DNA from: Octopus bimaculoides
Taxonomy: Eukaryota
Length of the DNA stretch: 64,000 nucleotides
Direction of reading: 5' to 3'
Assembly: GCF_001194135.2 (NCBI RefSeq)
Contig: NC_068999.1
Span: 5,028,745 to 5,092,744, forward strand
In this document: one piece after another, positions 12,772 through 27,100 of the stretch
Position numbering within the stretch: position 1 is the first letter of the stretch
Layout: each line of letters starts with the position of its first letter
Position numbers and translations under genes: made by a program
The notes under the pieces: generated by a model
Told to the model about the DNA's origin: nothing
The model's database searches: none
The model's input: only the letters and a program-made list of their open reading frames with translations

Positions 12772-15700
12772 GAGCTGGCAGAATCGTTTGCGTGTCAGGC
12801 AAAAAAAGCTTGGCAGCATTTCGTCCATCCTTACGTTCTGAGTTCAAATTCCGCTGGGATTGCCTTTTCCTTTAACCCTCTCAGGGTTTTTAAAATAAGT
12901 ACCAGCTGGATACTGGGGTCAATATTATTATTATTAGTAGTAGTAGTAGTAGTAGTAGTCGTACTAGTAGTAAGTAAGTAATGGGCACAAGGCCTGAGAT
13001 TTCAGTGGGTTGGGTAGTCGATTACATTGACCCCAGCTGTTGACTTCTACCTATTTTATCAACCCTGAAAAGATGAAGGGCAAAGTCACCCTCAGCAGCA
13101 TTTGAACTCGAAATGCAAAGCCACAAGAAATGCTTAGCAACATTTTGTTTGGCATGCTAACGGTTCTGCCAGTTCACCAGTTTCGTAATAATTCACAGGA
13201 ATATTAGAAACTAACCCCAGTTGTTTGATTTTAGGGAATCTGACGTCTCTTCGCACTGATCCCAATAAAAGTAACATTAATGTATACAGTCGACTGAAGG
13301 AGTTTCACAAGAAGATGTATTCGGCCCATTTTATGACCCTTGCTGTCCAATCAAAAGGTAAGTAAACCACTTCTATACGTGTGTGTGTGGCTATGTCAGT
13401 TGTTATTGTTTTTACAACCAAATGATTCTGGTTTCAAACCCTCTCCGTTTCTCCTGGGGCAAGTATCTTTTAATTTAACCTCAGATTGCACAAAGCTTTG
13501 GCCAAGTATCTCTACTCTTGCTTTGTGTTGCACAATACTTTGAGCAAGTACTTTTTCTCTAGCCATACCTTGGGCAAGTATCTCTACTCTAGAGTTGGGT
13601 TAACCAACACCTTTTGAATAGAGTTTCGAAGAAAACTGTGTGCAAGCTGATCTGGTGAAAGATATGCACATTGTTAAACCAATAAACTGGTGCATTGAAT
13701 GAAACACTGTGCTGTTTGTTCCATCCGAGTTGCACAGATACTCCCTTTATCACTAATGCTATTGGAAATTCCTTAAACCAATGATTGAGCTGTTGGAAAC
13801 CAATAACCCATGCTGCTGAAAAGAATATACAAGAAATAATGTATTCAATGCCTGTACAATGTCACATGTTCTTTGGTGAAGGGATTAGATTATCAGATCA
13901 ACCCCCACTTGCTTCCCAGTATTTGATTGGCACTTATATTATAGAACTCCAGGAAGATAAAGGATAAACTGATTCTGGCAGGATTTGAACTCAGTATGTA
14001 CAGGAATATAAGTAAATTATTTGAATGGCTCTGAATAAACTGCAAGAACTTAAGGAAACCAAACTGATGCTAGTATATACACAGCTCCCTCAGATTGTTA
14101 CTTGTTCCATTCCATGGTTCCATGGCTCACCTCTTGTGCTCATGATGCTTCAGTGGAAGCCTCTGTGAAGGAATCTTCTTCACCTCGAAGGACAAGAACT
14201 GGTATCAGCATGGGATCAAAGAACTAGCAGAAAGATGGCTTCAGACTGTGCAACACGATGGCCTCTGCTTTGAATGCTTTTTGTTGTAACTTGATGAATA
14301 AAACAAATAAGTTGCCAAAATATTGCAAAACTTTTGATTTTGAATTAAGTCGACTGATGTCATCTTTGTGTCTCTAATTCTTGTTCTTCATTAAGTTTCT
14401 CTTGTACATTCTTTGATTTTCAGAAACCCTCGATGTTCTCGATGAATGGGTCAGAGAAATATTCTCCAATGTTCCAAATAAGTAAGGAATTTACCATTAT
14501 TGTTATTTTTTCTTTCAAAATAATTCTATTGATTTGAGCAGACTGGAGTGAGGTGTGGGTGTCATAACCTTTTAAGGACCTTCTGCACCACTGATTAATT
14601 AAGACTAATGATTGACGTGTATAATTTGGACTGATTTGTGTGTCTATTATATTGTATCATCATCATCATCATCATCACCATCGACATGGATTGGACAAGT
14701 CTTGCTTTTTGTGGTCTTCTTCATTTTCCACATATGGCAATGGAGAATTGAACTCAGAACACAATGGATCGCAACTTAACTAAATGTACCGCATGGTGTT
14801 AAGTCTACTAATTTTGTGAACCATAATATTTAATATTAATATTACTAATACCTCACATTGACATAAATGATTTTGATTTTTGGGAAAACTTACAGCCAAA
14901 AGTTGTGCAAGTTTTACTCTAAAGAGTCATTCCAGCATCAAAAAAGATGGGAACAAAGACAATAATATAAGTTTCAGCTAGAAATGGTGACAATGAGTTG
15001 TGGATGTGTTTTATAAAGGACTTCTGTGAATATTCTATTGAGGAAATGTTTCCTTTTGTTTTTTTCAGCAATGAAGCTAAACCAACATTTTCACATGAAC
15101 CAGTAAGTTTGCTTTTCAAGGAGTTTACAAAGTTTATTTTTGTTGTTCTGAACTCTTGACTGATACAACTATGTTGTCCGATGTTTACCCTGCTGTCAGT
15201 ATATTAACCCTTTAGCATTTAAACCTGCCATGCCTGGCCTAGTTATTCTTGCCGTTTTATGTTCAAACTGGCCAGATCTTGCCTCTCACACCTACCCTAC
15301 AATATCATTCTAAAAATAATCACATCATTGAAATCTGAAAGCTGTGAGATAATATATGCCAAATATGCATTGCAATGGATAGAGTAATCAAGATGCCATA
15401 GGGTTAACCGTGCTGTCTGTGTGTTAAGCCTGATTTAGATATTCACATTTAAATCTGCCAGAATGTATTTCAAATGGATACGTCACTATTTGCATTCTCG
15501 CTGCCTACGTGCACCTCTTGAATTATTCCCAGTTATCTCCCTTTTAGTTTTAGGACTGGGGACAGACAGACAGACTTATACAGACATATATTGTCAATTG
15601 TTTAGATCGTTTGTCTCATCTAATTTAGTTTTATCTAAAACTGATTTCTTTTCTCCTATTTTCAGTGTCCTTTTGATACAACAGAATTCTCCAAGTTCTA

Positions 15701-18096
15701 CCATGGTAAACTTGTCACGTTTTATGTTTATTTATTTATATTTCCTCTTGCTGTTTAGACCCAATCTCGCCCTGGCTGTGAACACACCTATGATCAAAAC
15801 ATTTCCAGCCATGACGATTCCATCTACGGTTTTCTTAAGCACTCTGAATCAGATCTTACATTATGTCCGTGTAGTCTTACACATTCATTTACACAGACAC
15901 AGACAACACACATGCATACATACACATACACAGGACAGCTTACACATACAGATAACACTTCCCCCCGCTCTCTCTCTGTGCCAGTGTCGTCAATAAAATA
16001 TTTTATGTCTGTCTGTGTGTCATTTCAGTTGTGTCAGTGAAAGACACCCACAAAGTCTCGTTGAACTGGGCTCTGACCCCTCTTAATAAACATTATGAGT
16101 GAGTATATATACAATTCCTTCTTCTCTGTCTGCCTGTCTGTAACATCAGTCGTGGTTTATTGTTGTACATATAAACTTACCTACATGTTTAAGTGTGTGT
16201 ATGTATGAATGTGTGTGTGTATGCACACATGCAGAGTGTGGTGAATAAAGTTGTCTAAATTACGCAAAAATAAAAATAACACTGACATCTCATTTTAACA
16301 GATATATTTACCAAAATTACATAAAAATATCTTGAAATACTAAAGAGTAAATTTATTCAATAAAATCACCATTGGCTTCAAATTTTTCACCTGTCCCCAT
16401 TTGTCTCTTTGATCTGCTCCACCCTTTACTCCATGTTATTCCACTCACTTCCAACCTCTCCATTTACAGGTCCAAGCCTTTAGATTATCTCTCTACGCTG
16501 TTCTTACACGAAGGTGCTGGAAGTATTCTTTCTTATTTGAAGAAACGGTAAGTCTGGTTATCTTATTATTAATTTTTTTTTTCTTTGGGGCTGGGATTCA
16601 TGAGAATCTAAAAAAAAAGAAAAAACAGTCCAATGTTACATGGAGTATTTTCTGCTTTTGTGTTTTGTATAGTCTTGTTGCTATGGTTACTTTTCATTAA
16701 ATCTGAAATTGAAGACAAAATAAGTGTGTGTGTGTAAGCATGTGGCCTAGTGGTTAAGGTGTTGGGTTCATGACCCCAAGGTCATGGTTTCAATTTCTGA
16801 ACTGGGTTTGACACATTATGTCCTTGGGCAATGCACATGACTTCACATTGCTACAGCTGATAGTGAGGACCAAACCAGCACTACTAGTGCATCCCCTTAT
16901 CCTTTTATCCCTCTCATCTTGGATGTTTCTTCAACTGTAAGAGGACCAAAACCACATCTCTTTCTATTTGTGACTGGACATCCACCTTAAGCAGTTTGTA
17001 AGTTAATTTGTTTTCCGTTTTTGATATTTGAAATTACTAAGGTAAACCCAGTGTTTATTGTTTGTCTTTGTAGGATGTGGGCCCTGCACATTGAAGGGGG
17101 AAACGCTACCAGTGGGTTTGAGTTCAATTCTGTCTGGTCCTGTTTCTATATTGACATTATTCTCACAGATTCTGGAGTCAATCACATTTACGAGGTGAGT
17201 GATACCATTACAACCACAATTATTACTGCTGTTGCTACTACTACTACTACTACTATCATATCTACCACTATTACTATGACCAGTTCTATAGTAGTAGAGT
17301 TGTTAGTCTTTCATTAGCTATAAGTCGGCCCTCATTTGTGTGAACATATAATCAAGGGCACTCTAATCACGACCATCTCATACTTGGACCACATTGTCCA
17401 GTTTTTTTTTTTATGTGCCTTTCGTCAATGTGCTGGGCTATTGTCCACTAGGTTGTAAGTTAAACCTTACTACAGGGACTGTATTGTGTTCTTGTGGACC
17501 AGGTGATGACCCCCATCCCTGCCCACCTGGCCATTGTATTGCACCTCTTTGTTTAAGGCCTCTATCTTTGCTTGACTCAGTCTGCTAGACTGATAATAGG
17601 GTCGTACCTGAAGCCACCATTATTATACTTTCCGGATGGGTTCTGAAGCATGACTAATATAGATATATATTGCCTGAGGTGGTGAGCTGGCAGAAGTGTT
17701 AACATGGTGGGCGAAATGCTTAGCAGCATTTTGTCCATCTTTACATTCTGAGTTCAAATTCCACTGGGGCCACCTTTGTCTTTCATCCCTTTCAGAAGTT
17801 AATAAAATAAGTACCAGTTGAATGCTGGGGTCAATGTCATTGACCAATGTCATCACCCAAAACTGCTGGCCTTGTGCCAAAATTTGGAATCAATATTTAT
17901 ATTGTCTGTTACACCTAACCATTTTATGGAAGTGGTTATTGTTGCAGTGAAAATGGTGCACCCTTTCCCATGTGACAAAGTGGTATGATCCAGCCACTAT
18001 AAGGTGCAGAATCCTGCCACAACATAATAGTAGCGATAAGAATATTACAATGCTGACGATAACTTACAAATGGACAAGGATTCACATTATAACAGT

Positions 18097-18135
<39 letters not shown>

Positions 18136-21100
18136 AATGTATAAACATATTTCTTTGTGTGTGTAACAGGTCCTAACTGTGGTGTTCCAATACCTGGAAA
18201 TGGTGAAGAACAAAGGACCACTGAAATATATTTATGATGAAGAAAAAGCTATTCAAGACATGAAGTTTCGCTGGCAGGAAAAGGTAAACTGAACGACTGT
18301 TGTTGTCTGGTGATGGATGGGGTATCTACAGATGAAGGGTATGTGAGAGAAAGAGAAGGTATGTGAAAGTGTAATGAGCAATGAGTGGTGTATGATGGTG
18401 CACATGTGGGTGTGTAATGGGGTGTATTGGTACAAAATGCTGATGCATAATTGCAGAGTGTCCATGGGTAATTGTACAGTGTGACTGTCAAGTGGCTGTT
18501 ACACTGCGACGGTGCTGTAAAAATATGCTGTGATGACACAGTGTGACTGTATTGAGTGACTTTTCTTTCTCCGGACCCTGAATTAAGGTGCATCAACCCA
18601 GTTAGTGAATGTTGTTATGTTTAAGGTTTCTAATCTCACCAGAGACTGTTTCTCGTATTTCAGGGTTCCTCAGTTGACTACGTGGAGCGACTGAGTGAGA
18701 ATATGCAGGTGTACAACAAGGAGCACTATTTGACCGGAGACTGTCTTCTCTTTCAGTATAATGAAGAGGTAAGTTGATGATGATGATATAGTTTAGCCCC
18801 AGGTCTGTCCTGATACAAAAGGCTTATTATCAAAGACTTTCCAACCATGACTATCTCCTCTTTTGTTATTCAGGTAGACTGTATTATCCAGTGTCTCCTT
18901 GCTTGTTTGTGTTGTCATTATGTAACCCCAAGTCAGTCAGAATCCAACTGACTTAAATTCACAACATACCATATACAAATATTATTTTCATATTCGCAAT
19001 ATTAGAAATCTTTTTTTTTTTTTGGAAACCTTCAAATAAAGGACGAATCTAATTCAACCTTTTTACATACACTCACACATATATATATATAATTTTTTTT
19101 TTGTGTGTGCAGCTCATTAAATCCTGTTTAGATCAACTGAGTCCTGCCAAAACCAATGTCATCTTATTGACCAAAAAAGACTCCAACCTTTGCACCAAAG
19201 ATGAGAAATGGTATGGCACTAAATATTATGATACAGGTAATTATTAGTTGATTCCTAGATGTCATTGTGTAACCTTGGTTCCGTTTTGTATAGCAGAGAT
19301 AACTCTACCCCTAGGGAGGTTGCCAGTCCATCTCAGTAAGAGACCGATAGTGTTGAGTGGTTGGTACATCGAGTGGAAGTGAGTGGCCAAGTAAAGGCTG
19401 GAGACGGATTTCCAAGTGGAAATTGATGTGGGTGGTTGAGTGGAGTTTGATGATGGAGTAAGCCAAATGACCAAATGGTCAGTGAGGGAGTGGAAGTGAA
19501 ATTTGGTAGGATGGGTGGTCAGTTAGAGAGGGGCACCAAATAGAGTTGGGTGGTAGAGTCTAAATGATTGCTGATGTAGTCCAAGTGAAAGATTGTAGGG
19601 TGGGTGGTCACTACAGTATTTGGTGGTCTGTTTACAATAAAGGCTGAAAAATTGTCTTGAATACATTTAAATGACACATTTATCAATTGATTGTTCTGTA
19701 TATCTTGACAACAGTTTTATAGTTTCAAACATCGACTAAATTTGGAGAATTTCTTGTATTTCCAGATTTTGACCCGGAATGGTTAGCAAAATGGCAGAGT
19801 AAGTAAATTTACTTTCAGACGATCTTTTTTTTATTATTGTATTTTGCCTTTCTTGTATGTTGTTTGTCATGGTGTTTTTGGTTCTAGAATGGTATGATAG
19901 AACCAAGGAATCAGAGAATTTAAGAATCAGAATAGAATGACGGAATATTTGTATGTTAAGAGCTTTGCTTACCAACTACACGGTCCTGGGTTCAGTCCCA
20001 TTCCATGGTAACATGTCTTCTACTACAGCCTTGGCGTAACCAAAGCCCTGTGAGTGGATTCGGTAGCTGGAAACTGTAAGAAGCTTATTGTGTATATACA
20101 GATCATCATCATCATCATCGTTTAACGTCTGTTTTCCATGCTAGCATGGGTTGGACGATTTGACTAAGGACTGGCAAGCCAGAAGGCTGCACCAGGCTCC
20201 AACCTGATCTGGCAGAGTTTCTACAGCTGGATGCCCTTCCTAACGCCAACCACTCCGAGAGTGTAGTGGGTGCTTTTACATGCCACCGGCACGGGAGCCA
20301 GTCCAGCAGTACTGGCAACGACGTCGCTCGAATGATTTTCTAATGTGCCACCAGCACAAGTGCTAGAAGGCAACTCTGGAAATGATTACACTCAAATGGT
20401 GCTATTTACGGGTCACTAGCATGGAAGCCAGGCAGCTGCTCTGGAAAATGTGCAACATTATTCGTGTGGCAAGTTTTCTACAGCTGGATGCCCTCCCTGC
20501 CGCCAACCCCACCTGTTGCCAATATGTGAAGGCGCATGGCTCAGTGGTTAGAGCGTCGAACTTACGACCGTGAGGTTGTGAGTTCGAATCCCGGACCGGT
20601 CTGCATGTTGTGTTCTTGAGCAAGACCTTTTACTGGTACTAAGCTGTATTGGCCCCTTCTGCCTTTCCCTTGGATAACATCAGTGGCATGAAGAGGGGAG
20701 GTTGGTATGCATGGGCGACTACTGGTCTTTCATAAACAACCTTGCCTGGACTTGTGCCTCTAAGTGCAATCCCATGGTCAGTCATGATCGAAGGGGGTCT
20801 CCGATATATATATATATATATATGATGATGATGAAGTAAAGAGTTGTATATTTTGTCGTTAATGTCTCCTTTTATTTTTTATTCCCAGACTTGCAATTGA
20901 ACCCAGAACTGTATCTACCAGAACCCAACAAGTACCTCGGTAACTATATCACTCTTATGCAATCCGTTTCTTCTTTCTTTACAATTGTTAGAGTGACAGT
21001 TTTACTTTGTCTGCTAGTGACGGCCATACTGGAGCAATATGGCCATACTGTGAATTTGGGAAACAGAAACTGTAAGAAGCCTGTTGTATATGTGTGTTTG

Positions 21101-24100
21101 TCTTATCTTGACATTTGTTAACTGCAAATACTCACCATACAAACAAATGTATTTCTTTCATGAAAACATGTCCAGCCATTGAGCTGTTCGTTGTTCAAAG
21201 TATAAGGTGGAAATATTTTCTTGCTTGGGAACAAATGAGGCTTGGTGACTGGAAGAGCACCTAGCTGTAAATTTTATCTGACCTATGCCAGGAGATGCTA
21301 AAATGATAATGATGATGTATTGATTTGGCATGATCTTTTGAGCATCTGAAGAATTACTGTGCAATATTTATTTTGAGGTCAGCTGGCAGAATCCTTAAGA
21401 TGCTGGACAAAATGATTAGCAGCAGTCCATCCATCTTTATGCTCTGAGTTCAAATTCCATTGAGGTCAACTCTGCCTTTCATCCTTTCAGGGTTGATAAA
21501 ATAAATTGACCCCAGTTGAACACTGGGGTCAATTCAATCAGCTTCATCCTTCCCCAAATTTCAGGCTTTGTGCCTATAAGTAGAAAGGGTTCTTATCAAA
21601 GAATAAATGGTTTGTGTGTGTGCATTGGTGTTCTTCGTTTTGTACCTTCTCCCTCTCTTTGTCTTTCTTCAACAGCAAAGGACTTTTCTTTGAAAGACGT
21701 CCCACCAGAACAGAAAGATAAGGTAGGGAGATGCAGCTTTTAATTAATCTTTTTTTTTCGTTGTATCATCATAATCATCTTCTACCATCCCTTTGTCAAT
21801 GTGGATTCGATAGGTCTTCTGTACATAATCTCTCCCCCAAAGATCTAAACGGTCTAACAGGGAATCCATTGAGCAGTGAGTCTCTCTCTTCCACACTGAC
21901 ACCTCTCATTCCAACTCTAACCACCACTCTATCCTCAACACACCATTCACCCCATCCACCCACATATATATATAATCTGTTGTTGCCTTCATTATTTATT
22001 CCAGAGTCCATTTTTGATCATGGAGAATGAGAAATGTAAATTATGGTTCAAGAAAGACACCAAGTTTAATATCCCAAAAGGTGAGCAACAAATTCTCCCT
22101 CTCTTCTTCCTATTCTCACATCCATAACTCTTTGAATTCCATTCTCTCTCTTCCCTCCTTCTATACTTTCCTGCCTCTCCTTCTTTCTATATCTCTGCCT
22201 ACTCCCCATTACTCTCTCTCTCTCTCTCTGTTTACCTCTCCCTAAATTCCCCCCATTTATTCTCTTCTAACTCTCTTTCTCTCCCTCAATTATTCACTGT
22301 CACACACACAGCCACAGTCCACTAGGTCCATCACGTGTATCCACAATATGCAATAGTTCACAAATGACTGTATGTATTGCTCTGTAACCTCCGTCCTATT
22401 CATGTACTCCTAGGTGTACTGTGGCACCTACAAGTTGGTATCAAAAAGTTCCTGAACTTACAATTAAATAAGTACCAGTTATGCACTGGGGTCGATGTAA
22501 TCAACTTAATTCCCTCCCCGCAAGCTGCCCTTGTGAAATCATTATTGTTATTATCATTATTACTATATTTCTTTTCAGTCCAAACATTCTTTAAACTGAT
22601 GAGTCCAGTGATTGGGGAGTCACTAGAAAGGTTTGTGAACCCTTTTTTAACCCCACTGCTCTCTCTCTCTCGTTTTTGTTATTTACATTTACAGGCTTAC
22701 ATGAGAATTGAACCCTGCACCAACACACACACGTCATCATAATTTCCCAGCAACCCTTGTAATTTTTATATGATAGTTGGAGCTTAAGGGACACTGCTTA
22801 AGGTCCATGCAAACTCTCCCTGACTAGTTATGTTGTTATTGTCACTGTTTAACCCTTGGTCAACTTGGATCAAGCTAACCTATAACCAAAAGTGTTCCAT
22901 CTATGGCCATCCTGTTTATTTATATCTATGTGTGCAGTATCTAATATGCGTTTTTTTTTTAAGAGTGTAGATTGTGATTTGAATGATGCTTGACTGCTGT
23001 TTCTAGCTGCTTTAAGTAACCACAAAAAAGCTCTCCTGTGGCTCACTAAAAATGGAGGTTCATCAGTCAAATGATAATTAAACAACTACCATACTCAGTA
23101 TATTACTGGTACTTAGAATGAGTGCTAAACAGTTTCTTCTCACCACTGCCAGTCAATATAATAAATATTTATGAGAACTTTACTTAGACTTTCCTACCTT
23201 GCCAGTACTCCCCCCCCCACGGATTTTGCACCCTTCTAAGTACACCCCACCACATCTTTATTACTATGGTAACCAAGATACGAAATCTCTTTGTTTTTCT
23301 TCTTTCAGTTCCATCCTCTTTGAACTGTTCATTGATGTTCTCCTGCAGAAGTTGGCAGAACCAACCTACCATGCCATTGAAGCTGATCTCAGGTACATAG
23401 AAATGTCTACCCGTTTCTCACCTCACCTCACCTGACTTCAAGATACCCCCCCCCCTTCCTTTCTTCATCTCACCTTTGGTAATTTGAAGCAACTCCCTTC
23501 TCATCTCACATTCATTGTCTCGGAAGCCACCTTACTACTATCTACCCTGATATGAAGCTTCAGATAGAATGTACCCTGCTGTATTATTAGGTAGTGTCTA
23601 CTCATCTGATACCCAGGGTAGAATATACCCTGCCATAACTAGACTTGGATGTCTTCTGTTGTTTCACTGGACGGAATGTACCCTGCCTTGAGTTTGTACT
23701 GAGTGCACCCTGAAGTACCTTGCTGCTGTTTCTGGGGACAGATTTTGTTCTGCTGTGCCCTGAGGTCCCTATTATGATAAAGGGTCAACTGTGAATTAAA
23801 GTAAGTGTACTCTAATAACACCCTACAATACAAGCTACATTTATCCTGCTGCTGCTGTTGCTATGGGTACACCACTATGACTTTAGGTACATGTACCCAC
23901 CACAGGGTATCTAATATAACCAGGGCTATATGTGGATATGTAACCTTTGTTCAAAGCTTGGGTACACGTGGACCTCCTTTACTCATTGTCTCCCTTCTTA
24001 CCGAAGTCCCTCACTCATTCTACTCCTCTTCAAATCGAACCCCCTTTTTCTCTGTCTCATTCACTGCTCCTTTCTTCTTACTCCCCCTCTCTCATTGATA

Positions 24101-27100
24101 GTCTTTCATAACTTTTCCTCTCTCACACTCTCCCCATCACTTTCTCTCATTTACAATCTCTTTTTATTTCTCACTCTCTCCACGTCTCTCTTACTCCCAT
24201 TACTCTCTCCCACCCTCTATCTGCATATCTCTCTCTCTATCTCACACAGCTACTCCCTCACAGACAAGAAAACTGGATTGGTAATCTTAGTGAAAGGATT
24301 CAATGACAAAATACCTGTAAGTATTTTTCACCTGATTAAATATATATCTTATGCTATGCTTAATTAATTCTTGTTGGTTGATACAGGTGAGATGATGGAT
24401 GAGACTAACTTGGTGTGGGGGGAGGGATGCTTTACTAATTGTTAGCAACTGTTAAAAGGAAGGGAGATAATTTCATGGCTATGTGGTAAGTAGCTTGGTT
24501 ACCAACCACATGGTTCCGGGTTCAGTCCCACTACAACACTCAATAAAATGTCATTTTCAATTAGATTCCACGTCATCATCATTATCATTTGTTCATTATT
24601 GTTGTTGTTAATATAATGTATTTTTGTGTTTTATATTTAGATATTTTATATTATATTGTTTTGTGTTTGTCCAGGAATTATTCCAAACCATTGTCGATGA
24701 ATTGGCAAACTTTGAATTTAGCGATGAACTTTTTGAAGTCTGTAAATCACAGCTGCAGAAGGATTACTATAATTCTATGATTAGACCATATAACGCTGCT
24801 TGGTAAGTCATCACTCACTGTGATTAAACCGTTTAAGTACTTGGTAAGTCAACACCATCACTCATTCATTAACAAATTAGCTTTCCACAGTCTTTCTTAA
24901 TTAGACAAAAAACTAATAATTAACTTGCCATGGTCTTAATTATCTGTTGAAAGTGTCATAGTGTTAATTATGTCCGTGACTAACCCTAAATTAGCAACTG
25001 ACACCTCCCGCAAATAAATTCATCATGTGCTCCATCAAGTTCTGAATTCAAATTCTGTCAAGGTCAACTTTACCATACATCCTTTTGGAGGTCAATAAGA
25101 TAAGTACCAGTTAAGCACTGGGTCAATGTGATCAACTTATGCTCTCTCCTCTTGATGCTTTCTGATATTGCTCCCAAGGACCCAACAATAATTGGAACTA
25201 TCTTCACCTTTTTTATAGCCAGGCTATTTCGTACTTAAGAGAGTTGTATCTATCTATCTATCTATCTATCTTTTGCCTTCCTTCTTGACTATTCATGGGT
25301 CAAAGGGCATGCAACATTAACTATATAGCATATTATTGTTATTGTTGTTGTTGTTATTATTATTATTATTTCTGCAGTGGCCTTATGTTGGCTGTTATCA
25401 TGGACAAGTTCTATTCTCTCCCAAATAAATACTGTGAACTGCCTAAATTGAAGCCAGATATGTTAAGAAATTGGTACCAACAGTTCCGGTGCCAGATATA
25501 CTGTGAGGGTTTTGTCATCGGCAATATGACTACAGAGGTTAGTATCATTGTTTTTCACTTATTGTTGTGTATCTCCTGGTCATCTGTCTTGGGGTGGACT
25601 TAAGGTACAGGTGGCACCCTGTTGTCTTCACCATGATGACAAACAATCCTAAAACTGGACAACCTCAGTTTTAACCATTGCATGGAATTTGTTGTATTAA
25701 AATGCTACAGCTTGCTTCAGTGACCCCTGTTATAATTACACCATGTATTATAGGGGTTGGGATGGGGTTAGACTTAGTCTGTTATTTTATTGGCAGGAGC
25801 ATCATAGCATCAGAAAGACTGCTTCTTAGTATTTGTTTTGACGATTTATGCTCTGAGTTCAATTCTCATTGAGGTCAACTTTGCATTCATCCATTTTGAG
25901 GGGTCAATGAAAGTACTAAACTAAGGCAGTGGATTTGCAAAACTATTAGCATGTCAGACTAGTTGCCATGTTGTATATGTTCAAACCCTTCCATGGTAGA
26001 TTTAACCTGTTGTCTTTTTTTAATACCATCAACATTTTCGGTATGTTTAGTAGATTCCATTCTGTTGCAAATATTCCAGTTTAAGGGTGTTTTCCTCCCA
26101 CCATCAACCTTAGAGGCTTTGTTACAAGTTATGGACATTGCATTCCTTCTGGCCAAAAGATTTAAACAAAAATAAGAATATAAGCTGGCCTTTGGCTACT
26201 TTTAACAGAATCAGCTATTTCTAGAATTTTAAGTCTGTTGTCCATTGTTACTGAGATCCTCCATTCCTTCTACCTGTCTTGGAGACATGGAAAACGGTTA
26301 AGTATGCCGCTTTTTATCTTCTAGATGATTAGAAAGCTTAGAATATGAGAGTGTATATATGTGTTATAATATTTTATGTATACAGGCGTGTGTGCACAAA
26401 TGTGTGTTTGACATGTATGTATATATATGTGTGTGTGTATACATATATATGAATATTTATTTGAGTGTGTACGTGATGAGAGAGAGAGACGTATGTATCA
26501 ATGCTCTTTGCTACAGACTGTCTGACTATTTATATCTGATAAATTCCAGACCAAAACCTGGTCAAGGGTTTCTGGAAAAAGGCTTTTGCCAGTTGACTGT
26601 ACATGCTAGGCTGATATAGCTTAGTACCAATGTGGTCCCAGATATTGGCATCAGTATGTAAACAGCTACAACAGAAACCACAAGATTCTCCCATTTAATT
26701 CTATAATAATGCCATTAATCCACCTGAAAGCATAAAGGACAAAGTTGTGACCGCAGTGGGATTTGAACTCTGAATACAGAGTTAGAATGAATACCACAAG
26801 GCATTTTATTTGATGCTCTAATGACTCTGCCAATTTGCCTCTATATATGTGAGTGTGCATGAAATTTTTAATTGTTGTTGTTTATTTTTCAGACTGCTAA
26901 AGGCATGATGGAATATCTCGTGGATAAGATGAATGCTAAGGCTTACATTGAAGATTGTTTTCAAGTAAGTAAGAATAACAAATATATATATCTTCATCAT
27001 CATACCCACACACGGGGATTAGACTCTCTCAAATGCCCAGGAGGCTCTCTTGAGGTTGTGGATAGTATCTGTTACCTAGATGCCCAAATTAACAATGGTG

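Noticed and set aside
20531-20605. tRNA-like sequence with good A and B boxes
   Set aside because: Acceptor and anticodon stems do not pair, and it continues into a repeat body found elsewhere in the window: a SINE head, not a tRNA gene.
26209-26296. Possible poison exon in NRDC intron 25
   Set aside because: Acceptor is plausible but the donor (GTTAAG) is weak, exons 25 and 26 already join in phase, and there is no homology.
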